Source of the DNA: an uncultured Gemmatimonadales bacterium | Lineage (GTDB): Bacteria > Gemmatimonadota > Gemmatimonadetes > Longimicrobiales > RSA9 | Length of the DNA: 64,000 nt | Assembly: GCA_963816355.1 (NCBI GenBank) | Contig: CAWFKH010000001.1 | Coordinates: forward strand, 32,001 to 96,000 | Direction: 5' to 3' | Part shown: positions 20,505-32,563 of the stretch, in pieces | Numbering within the stretch: the first letter of the stretch is position 1 | How the letters are laid out: each line of letters opens with the position of its first letter | Position numbers and translations under genes: made by a program | Notes under the pieces: generated by a model | What the model saw: the letters and a program-made list of their open reading frames with translations, nothing else | The model's database searches: none | Told to the model about the DNA's origin: nothing

Positions 20505-21269
20505 ATGCGCCGCCCTATGGCCCGCCTCGACCTTCTCCCCACCCTCCTCCTCGCGCTCGCAGCGAGCACCCTCGCCCGTCCGGCGCGCGCGCAGCAGGCG
20601 CAGGATGCGAAGAAGACGTTCACCCTCGTCGGCCGCATCACCGCGGCAGGCGGCGACGCGCCGCTCGAGGACGCGATCGTCTCCCTGCTGGACCAGGACG
20701 TGCACGTCTTCACGGATGGGAAGGGCCTCTTCGCGCTGCGCGGCGTCCACCCCGGCCTCACCGTGGTGCGCGTCGAGCGGATCGGCTACGCGGACTTCCA
20801 GCAGGCGGTGCAGCTCGAGGAGGGCTCCGCCATGCACATCGCGCTGAAGGCCCAGCCGATTCAGCTCGAGCGGCTGGACGTCCGCGTCAGACAGCTCGAC
20901 AAGCGGCTCGCCGACTACCCCTATCCGGTCCTCACCTTCGACCGCGAGGCCATGCGCAGCGCGCCCGACCTGACCGCCGAGGAGTACCTGCGCACGCGCG
21001 CCATGATCCTGCCCACGCGCTGCAGTTTCCAGCTCCAGATGGGCGGCTGCATCTACTACCGCGGCCGCTCGATCGAGCCGTCCGTCTACCTCGACGAGGC
21101 GAAGCTCCTCGGCGGCCTGGCCGCGCTGCGCACCTTCCACGCGAACGAAATCGCCCGCCTCGAGGTGTTCCGCCACGGCACCATGATCCGCGCCTACACG
21201 CTCCGCTTCATGGACCAGCTCGCCAAGGGCCGCGAGAGCTTCGGCCTCGCGCCGCTCCCCCACCACTGA
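20505..21269 (+). CDS. secreted carboxypeptidase-regulatory-like domain protein with plug-like C-terminus
   Basis: Signal peptide; TDGKGLF, VERIGY; PSVYLDE...IARLEVF. Confidence 0.6.
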   Translation: MRRPMARLDLLPTLLLALAASTLARPARAQQAQDAKKTFTLVGRITAAGGDAPLEDAIVSLLDQDVHVFTDGKGLFALRGVHPGLTVVRVERIGYADFQQAVQLEEGSAMHIALKAQPIQLERLDVRVRQLDKRLADYPYPVLTFDREAMRSAPDLTAEEYLRTRAMILPTRCSFQLQMGGCIYYRGRSIEPSVYLDEAKLLGGLAALRTFHANEIARLEVFRHGTMIRAYTLRFMDQLAKGRESFGLAPLPHH

Positions 21270-21277
21270 GCCGGACC

Positions 21278-22960
21278 GTGCCCCCACGCGACGAGCCCCC
21301 CGGCCTGGACCGCCGCGCCTTCATCCGCACCGGTTCCCTCGGCGCCGCCGCCGCCGCGCTCGGCCTGCCCGCCCCGCTCGACGCCGACGCGCCGCCCGCC
21401 GCGCCATCCCCACCCGCGCCGCCCGCCACCGCACCGCCGCCCGACTTCGAGCTCGCCGAGCTCACCGTCGCCGACCTGCGCCGCGGCCTCGCCTCCGGCC
21501 GCTGGACGTCGCGCCGCCTCGTCGAGCTCTACCTCGGCCGCATCGACGCCGCCGACGCGCGCGGCCCCGCGCTGCGCGCCGTCCTCGAGACCAATCCGGA
21601 CGCGCTCGACATCGCCGACCGCCTCGACGCCGAGCGCCGCGCCGGCCGCTCGCGCGGTCCGCTGCACGGCCTGCCCGTGCTCGTCAAGGACAACATCGAC
21701 ACCGCCGACCGCATGACCACGACGGCCGGCTCGCTCGCGCTCGAGGGCTCGATTGCGCCCCGCGACGCCGGCCTCGTGCGCCGCCTCCGCGCCGCGGGCG
21801 CCATCGTCCTCGGCAAGGCCAACCTCAGCGAGTGGGCCAACTTCCGCTCGACCCGCTCCTCCTCCGGCTGGAGCGGCCGCGGCGGCCAGGTGCGCAACGC
21901 CTACGTCCTCGACCGCACCCCCTGCGGATCCAGCTCCGGCACCGGCGCCGCCGTCGCCGCCAGCTACTGCGCCGTCGGCGTCGGCACGGAGACCGACGGC
22001 TCGATCGTCTGCCCCTCCGCCGCCGACTCCCTCGTCGGCATCAAGCCCACCGTCGGCCTCGTCAGCCGCGCCGGCGTGATCCCCATCTCGCACACGCAGG
22101 ACACCGCCGGCCCCATGGCCCGCACCGTCGCCGACGCCGCGATCCTGCTCGGCGCGCTCGCCGGCGCCGACGACCGCGACCCCGCCACCGCCGCCGCGCG
22201 CGGCCACATCGCGGCCGACTACACGAAGTTCCTCGACCCCGCCGGCCTCCGCGGCGCCCGCATCGGCGTGCCCCGCGAGGGCCTCTTCGGCTACAGCCCC
22301 GAGGCCGACCGGATCGTCGACGACGCGATCGCCGCCATGAAGGACGCCGGCGCCGTCGTCGTCGACCCCATCGCGCTGCCCCACGTCGACGACTACGCCC
22401 GCGACGAGCTCACCGTCCTCCTCGTCGAGTTCAAGGCGGACCTCGACCGCTACCTCGCCGACCACCCCGCCGCCCCCATCCGCTCCCTCGCCGACGCCAT
22501 CGCCTTCAACGAGGCCCACGCCGAGCGCGAGATGCCGTGGTTCGGACAGGAGCTCTTCCTGCGCGCCCAGGCCGCCGGCCCCCTCACCGACCCCGCCTAC
22601 CTCCAAGCCCGCGAGCGCGGCCTCCGCCTCGCCGGCCCCGACGGCATCGACGCCGCCCTCGACGCCCACCGCCTCGACGCCCTCCTCGCCCCCACCGGCG
22701 AGCCGCCCAGCGTCATCGACCTCGTCAACGGCGACCACAACCTCGGCGGCGCCTCCGGCCCCGCCGCCGTCGCCGGCTACCCCCACGTCACCGTCCCCGC
22801 CGGCTACGCGGCCGGCGCGCCCGTCGGCCTCTCCTTCTTCGGCCGCGCCTGGAGCGAGCCCACCCTGATCCGCCTCGCCTACGCCTTCGAACAGGCGACC
22901 CTCGCCCGCCGGCCCCCCCGCTACCTCGCCTCCGCCGAGACGCCCTTCGCCCCCCGCTGA
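21278..22960 (+). CDS. amidase signature family enzyme, Tat signal
   Basis: DRRAFI; GPLHGLPVLVKDN, GKANLSEWAN, GSSSG, GTETDGS. Confidence 0.92.
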   Translation: MPPRDEPPGLDRRAFIRTGSLGAAAAALGLPAPLDADAPPAAPSPPAPPATAPPPDFELAELTVADLRRGLASGRWTSRRLVELYLGRIDAADARGPALRAVLETNPDALDIADRLDAERRAGRSRGPLHGLPVLVKDNIDTADRMTTTAGSLALEGSIAPRDAGLVRRLRAAGAIVLGKANLSEWANFRSTRSSSGWSGRGGQVRNAYVLDRTPCGSSSGTGAAVAASYCAVGVGTETDGSIVCPSAADSLVGIKPTVGLVSRAGVIPISHTQDTAGPMARTVADAAILLGALAGADDRDPATAAARGHIAADYTKFLDPAGLRGARIGVPREGLFGYSPEADRIVDDAIAAMKDAGAVVVDPIALPHVDDYARDELTVLLVEFKADLDRYLADHPAAPIRSLADAIAFNEAHAEREMPWFGQELFLRAQAAGPLTDPAYLQARERGLRLAGPDGIDAALDAHRLDALLAPTGEPPSVIDLVNGDHNLGGASGPAAVAGYPHVTVPAGYAAGAPVGLSFFGRAWSEPTLIRLAYAFEQATLARRPPRYLASAETPFAPR

Positions 22961-23032
22961 GCCCACCCCCCGCCCCCCCCCCGCGACGCCGCCGCCTTGC
23001 GCGGCCGGCCGGCGCGCCGTACTCCAGAAGTC

Positions 23033-25862
<2,830 letters not shown>

Positions 25863-25866
<4 letters not shown>

Positions 25867-26591
25867 CCGACACCCTCACCGTCGCCTGGAAGGAGTGGAA
25901 GGAGCTCTTCGCCGAGGGCGGCCGCCGCCGCAGCGGCTGGTTCCGCATCGCCATCCTCCTCGCCCTCGTCGGCGTCGTCCTCCCCCTCCAGTCCGGCCCC
26001 GCCTGGACCTCCTCCCCCGTCCTCCTCGCCATGGCCGCCTGGATGCCCTTCATCCTCATCTCCGCCATCATCGCCGACGCCTTCGCCGGCGAGCGCGAAC
26101 GACACACCCTCGAAACCCTCCTCGCCAGCCGCCTCTCCGACACCGCCATCCTCGCCGGCAAGATCGCCGCCGCCGTCGCCTACGGCTGGGGCGTCATGCT
26201 CCTCGCCTGCGCCGTCGGCCTCGCCGTCGTCGACATCGCCGCCCGCAAACCCCTCCTCTACCCCGCCTGGATGGTCGCCGGCGTCCTCGGTGTCGGCCTC
26301 CTCACCTCCCTCCTCGCCGCCGGCGCCGGCGTCCTCGTCTCCCTCCGCGCCCCCACCGTCCGCCAGGCCCAGCAGACCCTCAGCATCGCCTCCATGCTCC
26401 TCGTCTTCGTCCCCGCCTTCGGCCTCCCCGCCCTCCCCGCCCACCTCCGCCACGCCGCCCTCGCCCGCCTCGCCCGCCTCGACCCCCACGCCCTCGTCGC
26501 CACCGCCGCCGCCGCGCTGCTCCTCCTCGACCTCGCCCTCATCGCCGCCGCGCGGGCGCGCTTCCGCCGGGGACGCCTCATCGCGCGATGA
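25863..26591 (+). CDS. ABC-2 type permease
   Basis: FAGERERHTLETLL, ILAGK; six TM segments. Confidence 0.88.
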
Positions 26592-26597
26592 CGCTCG

Positions 26598-26823
26598 CTC
26601 GCTCGGCGAGGGGAAGCTCGCTGCGCGAGGGGAGCCGGCTTCGCCGGGGAAGCTCGCCGGGCGAGGGAAGCCGGCTTCGCCGGGGACCTGCTTCGCAGGG
26701 GAAGCTCGCTGCGCGAGGGAAGCCGGCTTCGCCGGGGGGCCTGCTTCGCAGGGGAAGCTCGCTGCGCGAGGGAAGCCGGCTTCGCCGGGGGGCCTGCTTC
26801 GCAGGGGAAGCTCGCTGCGCGAG
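26598..26823. repeat. second array of mini-hairpins with GGAAG linkers
   Basis: CTCGC-tgc-GCGAG, CCGGC-ttc-GCCGG, CCTGC-ttc-GCAGG units; identical 53-bp units at 26698-26750 and 26751-26803. Confidence 0.85.
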
Positions 26824-27361
26824 GGGACGGTACGGGCGCGCGCCCGCGCGTCGGCGCCTCCGGTCCCTGCTCCCGCGGGGGGCGTCCCGCCTTTCCGGCG
26901 CTCCGCCCCGGGGCGGCGTGGCCGCCACCGAACCGGCGCCCGCCCCGCCGCGGCACGCCGCCGGCCGGAAGATCCCATCCCTACTTGACATGGCGCCCCT
27001 CCCTCTTCACCTTTAGCGTCGATGGCGTGTCGTTCGCGGTGACGACCCGCCTCAACCGGAAAAGAGAATCAACCCGTTATCCTGTTCGGCTGTGCGACGT
27101 CAGCACCGCGGCCCCGGTGGGTCAGGCCCGGTCGCTCGACGGCCCCTCGCCTCTCCCCCGAGCGCGCCAGCACGCTTGCAGTGTACCACCCGGGTACGCC
27201 CAGTCCCGGACCAGTGCCGCGCGCGCGACCACAGTTATTTGAAACTATGGATTAGCCCCCTCGCTTGCGAGAGCGGAGCCACCAGCGGAGTCCTTCAGCG
27301 GAGCGCCGCAGCCCACCCTAGCGGATCCGGGCTGACGCAACCCGAAAGGAGGTGAGCTGAG

Positions 27362-27436
27362 TTGACGGCTTTCTTTGCCGCCCTTTTCGCTGGTTTCGCG
27401 AAGCTTCTTATGGCGGGTGTCACCATCATTCATTAA
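27362..27436 (+). CDS. unannotated 24-aa hydrophobic peptide MTAFFAALFAGFAKLLMAGVTIIH
   Basis: AAAGGAGGTGA SD at 27345-27355, 6 nt before TTG; TAA stop at 27434-27436. Confidence 0.7.
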   Translation: MTAFFAALFAGFAKLLMAGVTIIH

Positions 27437-27469
27437 GTGAGTGAGGGGGCTTTTCTTTCTTAAGACATC

Positions 27470-28805
27470 ATGCCAAAGAAGATCGCCCTACTCTTTGCTG
27501 CCGTAGTTGTCCTCGGCGCAGCATCGTTCTGGCCGTTGCCGCTTGCCGACATTGCGGCGCCTAAGCGGCACGGCGATGGGCGGCTTGTTGACGCTGACTG
27601 TCTTGGGGGTGCTGGCCGAGTTCCTTCCAGTTCAGTACAGTGTCGAAGGGCGCGAAGCGTCATCGTCCATCTCCTTCATCCCAATGTTCGTCATCGGACT
27701 GTCGTTCCATCCGACGACGACCGTATTGGCTACGGCGCTGATAATTGGGACAGCCTCTACGCTTGGCCATAAGCTCCCTGCTTGGAAGACGATATTCAAT
27801 GTTTGCCAAGTCGCTCTAGCTGTCCGCCTTGGTTCAGAGTTATACTATTATCTGTCCACTTCAACTCTGCCGATTCTACATTATGATGTAGTAGCACTTG
27901 CAGGTCTTTCGCTTACGTTCTTTATCACAAATACAGTACTCGTCTCCTTTTTCTATTCCATAGACCAATCGACTCCGTTTCTTCCAACGCTCAAACGAAT
28001 TGCCGGACCGGGTGGTTCCAATCTCTATTATGACCTTCTAGTTAGCCCTCTAGCTCTGCTCGTATCATACGTATATCGAAGCAGTGGCTTGAGTGGCGTA
28101 CTATTGTTAGTATTGCCACTTTACATCCTGCGCCATTCTTACGTCGCCATGCTGCAGCTCCAACAGGCGAATCGCGCCCTCCTGAAAGTATTGATCAAGG
28201 CCATTGACACGCGCGACCCTTATACGTCTGGTCATTCTCTCCGTGTATCACTCTTAGCCCGAGCGATAGCGGAGGACATGGGCGTTCGGGGGAGACGTCT
28301 CGATGATGTCGAGACGGCTGCTCTGTTGCACGACATTGGAAAGGTCGACGGAATATACGCGGAGTTGATTCGGAAGCCGCACGCTTTGTCCGCAGATGAA
28401 GTCAAAGTTATTCGAACACACGCGACAAAGGGAGCGGACTTCGTTGGCGGGCTAAGGACGTACAGCGACGGCATAGTTCTGAGTATCAGGCATCATCACG
28501 AAAAATATGATGGTTCAGGGTACCCAAATGGTCTTCGCGGCTCTGAGATCCCACTTGCGGCACGCATAATTCAGATTTCCGATAGCATTGACGCGATGCT
28601 TTCTGACAGGCCTTACCGATCTGCCCTGTCTCTTGAGCAGGTTCACACGGAGCTTAGGCGGTGCGCGGGAAGTCAGTTTGATCCAGGAATCGTGGACAAC
28701 ATGCTTGAGAGGGGATCCCTCACACGAATGCTGCCGACCCTCCGGCTTCATGGGGGCAAGACTGCAGCGGTTCTCCCGCGCATTGAAGCGTCAGCGGCTG
28801 TCTGA
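27470..28805 (+). CDS. membrane-sensor (MASE9-like multi-TM) HD-GYP cyclic-dinucleotide phosphodiesterase; +1 frameshift near 27560
   Basis: DPYTSGHS, LLHDIGK, HHEKYDGSGYPNGL, D.IDAM.SDRPYR, GSQFDP; first TM helix lies in the frame starting at ATG 27470. Confidence 0.88.
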
Positions 28806-28829
28806 TTCAGCTTACTTATAGGAGGCGCC

Positions 28830-29033
28830 GTGCAGACTAGACATTGTCCCTCCTGTGGCTCCGATCACTTGGAGCGCGCCACTTGCGGGCCGGCTGAGTT
28901 GCCGCTTGCGGACGGGAGTGCAATTCGCCTGCTAGTACTTGGATGCTTGAATTGTGGGCACGTTAGTCTATGGATCCCAGAGGCCGACGATGGAAGTGGC
29001 GCAAAGTCCTTGGGGAGTCAGTCATTCTTATAG
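28830..29033 (+). CDS. small Zn-ribbon protein
   Basis: CPSCGS...CLNCGH; SD AGGAGG before GTG. Confidence 0.7.
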   Translation: MQTRHCPSCGSDHLERATCGPAELPLADGSAIRLLVLGCLNCGHVSLWIPEADDGSGAKSLGSQSFL

Positions 29034-29451
29034 GCCTAGCGCAGCAGTTGTCAATGTCCTAGAAGATACGCTATCTGCTGGTGGTAAGTGCTTACCCGCT
29101 CAGATTGAGTACTTCCCGTCGAGCCGCTCCGGGGGTCAACTAGCAGACAGTCTATAAGTACTTCATCCAAAGAAGAATAGACGGGTCCCCAAATGGTCGG
29201 CCCGAGCGCGGCTCGGTGCAGATCGATCGTCCGGCACGGCGTTCCTCCACGAGGATCCGGAGCCAGTGCTACTTCAGGGCGGACGTACAAGGTTGCGAGA
29301 CTTCGTCCGGTCGATGAAGCCGCGCCTTTATCCGCGGCGTGAGGGAGCGTGTCGAGACGCTTCCCGGACAGCAGACGAGATCGACGTCTCGACTTCAGCG
29401 GCTGCCGTTGCCGGGCGGTGAGACCGGAGCCGTTCGTGCGTTTTCCCTTTC

Positions 29452-29480
29452 TTGACAGGAGCCCCGGGAGGCGGGAGATT
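29452..29480 (+). promoter_or_regulatory. sigma-70-type promoter of the R-M operon
   Basis: TTGACA-N17-GAGATT. Confidence 0.45.
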
Positions 29481-29522
29481 TGCAGACGCTGTCGCCCCTT
29501 GTTCCGACTGTCGAAATTGTAG

Positions 29523-29732
29523 ATGCCCACCGGCAAACGCCGCGTTGCGATCAACCTGCCTTACGGCGAATACGAGGAAATGGCCGCTATCGCGGACGAG
29601 CACAACGTCTCACTCGCGTGGCTAGGCGGCCAATTCATGGAACGCTACCGCGAGGAATCTTTGCAGCTTCCCCTTCCGCTTCGGACCAACAGAAGTTTAG
29701 AACGAGGACCGGGAGCACATGCCGCGCAGTGA
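29523..29732 (+). CDS. ribbon-helix-helix (CopG-like) regulator
   Basis: RVAINL beta ribbon, EYEEMAAIADEHNVSLAWLG helices; overlaps endonuclease start. Confidence 0.65.
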   Translation: MPTGKRRVAINLPYGEYEEMAAIADEHNVSLAWLGGQFMERYREESLQLPLPLRTNRSLERGPGAHAAQ

Positions 29733-31089
29733 TCTCCCCTTTGGCAGCGAGTTTTCGCCCGACCAGATTGATCTGGCCACGCTACTGGATCTCGCGCACC
29801 AGCACGGCGAGGACTGGAAAGGATTCGAGGCCGCCGTACGGGCGCGCTATTTCGAGAATTACAAGACGTCGGACTACAACAAGGACAAGCTCGCCAATAA
29901 CGCGAAGCTCTCGTTGCGCGCCTATGGCCTGATCGGCGCGAAGGATGCCACGCTGACGGAGGCCGGATTAGCTCTCCACGCTTTGCATCAGGATGAGAGG
30001 CTCCTGCTAGATGCGTTTGCCAAGCACATTTTAAAGCACTGCCAGGGTATGAACTTCGTGCAGTGCCTCCTCGATATGCAGGCGGCGGGCGAGAGGATCA
30101 CCCTCTTGAGCCTCCGCCGTGGTCTTGAGGAGCGGGGGCTTTCCGTGCCGCGCGGCGGGAAGCACATGAGCACGTTGCGGCTCTGGCTGGACCGGGCCGG
30201 TGTCATCGTAAGCGGCTACCGCGTGGATCAGGCCCGTCTCAACGATATCCTTGGCGTTAAAGTGGAGGAATTCGAGGCTCTGGCAAGCTTTTCGGGCGAG
30301 CAGAAAGCCTTTCTGAAGACGCTCGCGAACATGGAGGGTGGCCGGCCGCATCTGTCGAACGATATCGAGCGGCTTGCCACGGCGACCTACGGCATCACGT
30401 TCAACGAGAAGAACCTGCCCAAGCAGGTTTTGTATCCGCTGGAGAAGACGGGCTACATCGCGCTTGAACGCGGCACACAAGAGCCCGGGCGCGGCGCTAA
30501 GCCTTTTTTGGTGACGGCAACCGAGAAGCTCGATGCCGACCTGATTGCACCGCTCATTGCGCAGATGGAGCGCCAGATCCAGGCTGATATCCGGCCGCTG
30601 CTTCGCAAGCCGCTTTCAGAGATCTTGGAGGAGCTGACGGAGGAGGACGCGCACACACGCGGCCTTGCCCTCGAGGCTCTCGCCTTCAAGCTCATGAGGC
30701 TCGTCGACCTCACCTATGTCGCGACCCGTCTTCGAGGCAGCCAGACCGGAGGGGCGGAAGTCGATCTGATCTTTGAAGGCGCCCGTCTGGTGTTCTCCCG
30801 CTGGCAGATCCAATGCAAGAACACGCGGAGCGTGTCGCTGGACGATGTTGCCAAGGAAGTGGGGCTCACGCACTTCCTGAAAAGCAACGTGATCGTGATG
30901 GTCTCGACCGGGACGGTCGGCCCGGAGGCGCGCCGCTACGCCAACAAAATCATGCGGGACTCTAACCTGTGCATCGTCATGGTGGACGGTACCGACCTCG
31001 AGCTAATCGAGGAACGGCCGGCCGGAATTGTCGATGTCTTCAGCCGCGAGGCCCGTCATGCGATGGACCTAAAAAGGCTCGAACTATAA
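29719..31089 (+). CDS. restriction endonuclease with C-terminal Mrr-cat-like PD-(D/E)xK domain
   Basis: GLALE...EVDLIF...WQIQCKN; adjacent to a methyltransferase. Confidence 0.75.
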   Translation: MPRSDLPFGSEFSPDQIDLATLLDLAHQHGEDWKGFEAAVRARYFENYKTSDYNKDKLANNAKLSLRAYGLIGAKDATLTEAGLALHALHQDERLLLDAFAKHILKHCQGMNFVQCLLDMQAAGERITLLSLRRGLEERGLSVPRGGKHMSTLRLWLDRAGVIVSGYRVDQARLNDILGVKVEEFEALASFSGEQKAFLKTLANMEGGRPHLSNDIERLATATYGITFNEKNLPKQVLYPLEKTGYIALERGTQEPGRGAKPFLVTATEKLDADLIAPLIAQMERQIQADIRPLLRKPLSEILEELTEEDAHTRGLALEALAFKLMRLVDLTYVATRLRGSQTGGAEVDLIFEGARLVFSRWQIQCKNTRSVSLDDVAKEVGLTHFLKSNVIVMVSTGTVGPEARRYANKIMRDSNLCIVMVDGTDLELIEERPAGIVDVFSREARHAMDLKRLEL

Positions 31090-31105
31090 AGGGAAGGAAC
31101 AACGG

Positions 31106-32170
31106 ATGCCGCAGAACGGCGTGAACAGGGCTAAGCCGTTCCACACAACCGCGTTCGGGCGAATCATCTGCGGCGATAGCTTGCAGGCGCTGTCTGCCCG
31201 TGCAGAAGGCTCGGTTAATCTCATCATGACCAGCCCGCCCTTCGCGCTCGTGCGAAAGAAGGACTATGGAAACGTCGAAGCCAACCAGTATATAGACTGG
31301 TTTCGCCCGTTCGCGGGGGAGTTCAAGCGCGTCCTCACCAATAATGGCAGCCTCGTTATTGACATCGGCGGGTCCTGGAAGAGGGGCTATCCGACCCGAA
31401 ACCTGTATCACTTCAAGCTGCTTGTTATGTTGTGCGAGGAGTTCGGGTTTCATCTTGCGCAGGATTTCTACTGGTGGAATCCGTCAAAGCTCCCGACGCC
31501 AGCAGAGTGGGTAAATATCCGCCGCATCCGGGTTAAGGATGCGATCAACACAATCTGGTGGTTATCGAAAACGCCTTGGCCGAAGGCCAGCAACCGGCGA
31601 GTCCTACAGCCTTACAGCGACAGTATGCAGGATCTTCTCGAAAGAGGCTATAAGGCGAAGAAGCGCCCATCCGGGCACGACATCAGTGAGAAATTTAGCA
31701 TCAACAATGGAGCGGCGATCCCGCCCAACCTGATCGCCATACCCAACACGGAAAGCAACAGCTTTTATCTGCGCTACTGTGAGGAGAACGGCCTAAAGCC
31801 CCACCCAGCGCGGTTTCCAACGGATCTACCAGAGTATTTCATTCGGATGCTGACAGACCCGGGCGACTTGGTCGTGGATCCGTTCGCAGGAAGTTGCGTC
31901 ACCGGCGAAGTGTCGGAGCGCCTTCAGAGAGAGTGGGAGTGCATTGAGCTTCTGCCGGCGTATTGCGAGGCTGCCCTTGGACGTTTTATTCGCCCTGCCG
32001 AAGAAACGGCGCGACCTGACCGGAACCCCGGCGACCCTTCCAACTACTATCGCATGCCGCATCCGGGCATTCTTGTGGAACGGCAACACCGGCGCGCCTC
32101 TTCACGAGGATGGTGGGAGGAGGCGCCGCCTCGAGTCGAAGGCGAAGGGAAAGAACGGCAAGGCGAGCAC
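31106..32170 (+). CDS. site-specific N4-cytosine DNA methyltransferase (beta class, M.PvuII-like); 3' end uncertain
   Basis: TSPPF, NPSKLP.P.EWVN.R.IRVKDA.N, RPSGHDI, HPARFP, DPFAGS; probable indel near 32073 and poly-C after it. Confidence 0.88.
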
Positions 32171-32563
32171 GGTCCCCCCCCCCCCCCCCCCCCCTCTCCC
32201 CCCCCTCCGTGCCTCTCCCCCCCCCCCAGGCTCGCTGCGGAAAGGCGGCTCATGTCCAGCGCCCACCCGCCACCGCGTACCATGTCGCCCGCGCCGGGAA
32301 GCGACGCGGCCCAGCATGATACAGCCCCGGCGCGCGCCTGCGACCGGCGCATCCCGGCCGGACCGAGCGGCCCGGGTGACCACCCCGTCGCTGGGCGCAT
32401 CGACGTCCGATGGCTGCCCACGTAGGGATCTGTCGGGCCGCGCGCCTGAACCAAGCTTCTGTCCCCGCCCGACGAAGGAAGTCAGCGGAGGCAGCGCCGG
32501 GCGAGGGCGGCGTCTCCGCAGATCCAAAGCGCCGTGGCCACAAAGTAGTATGACGCCTACATC

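Larger units (their letters stand above)
27230..32170. mobile_element. lower-GC accessory island (peptide/HD-GYP, Zn ribbon, R-M operon); boundaries approximate
   Basis: Abrupt shift to AT-richer sequence and codon usage; defence genes; no integrase seen. Confidence 0.65.

Noticed and set aside
22965..22982. Poly-C tract as a phase-variation switch for the PAS kinase
   Set aside because: Intergenic; C runs are common here and may be homopolymer errors
26598..26823. CRISPR array (also considered for 4801-4986 and 40687-40787)
   Set aside because: No unique spacers of constant length and no cas genes
27110..27150. SRP RNA (GGGTCAGGCCCGG)
   Set aside because: Lacks the following GGAAGGAAGCAGC signature
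27300..27360. c-di-GMP riboswitch upstream of HD-GYP
   Set aside because: GAAA and ACGCAA fragments are present but not in the class I order or spacing; needs an Infernal scan
29034..29450. Coding remnant between the Zn-ribbon and RHH genes
   Set aside because: No recognisable protein motif in the frames I read
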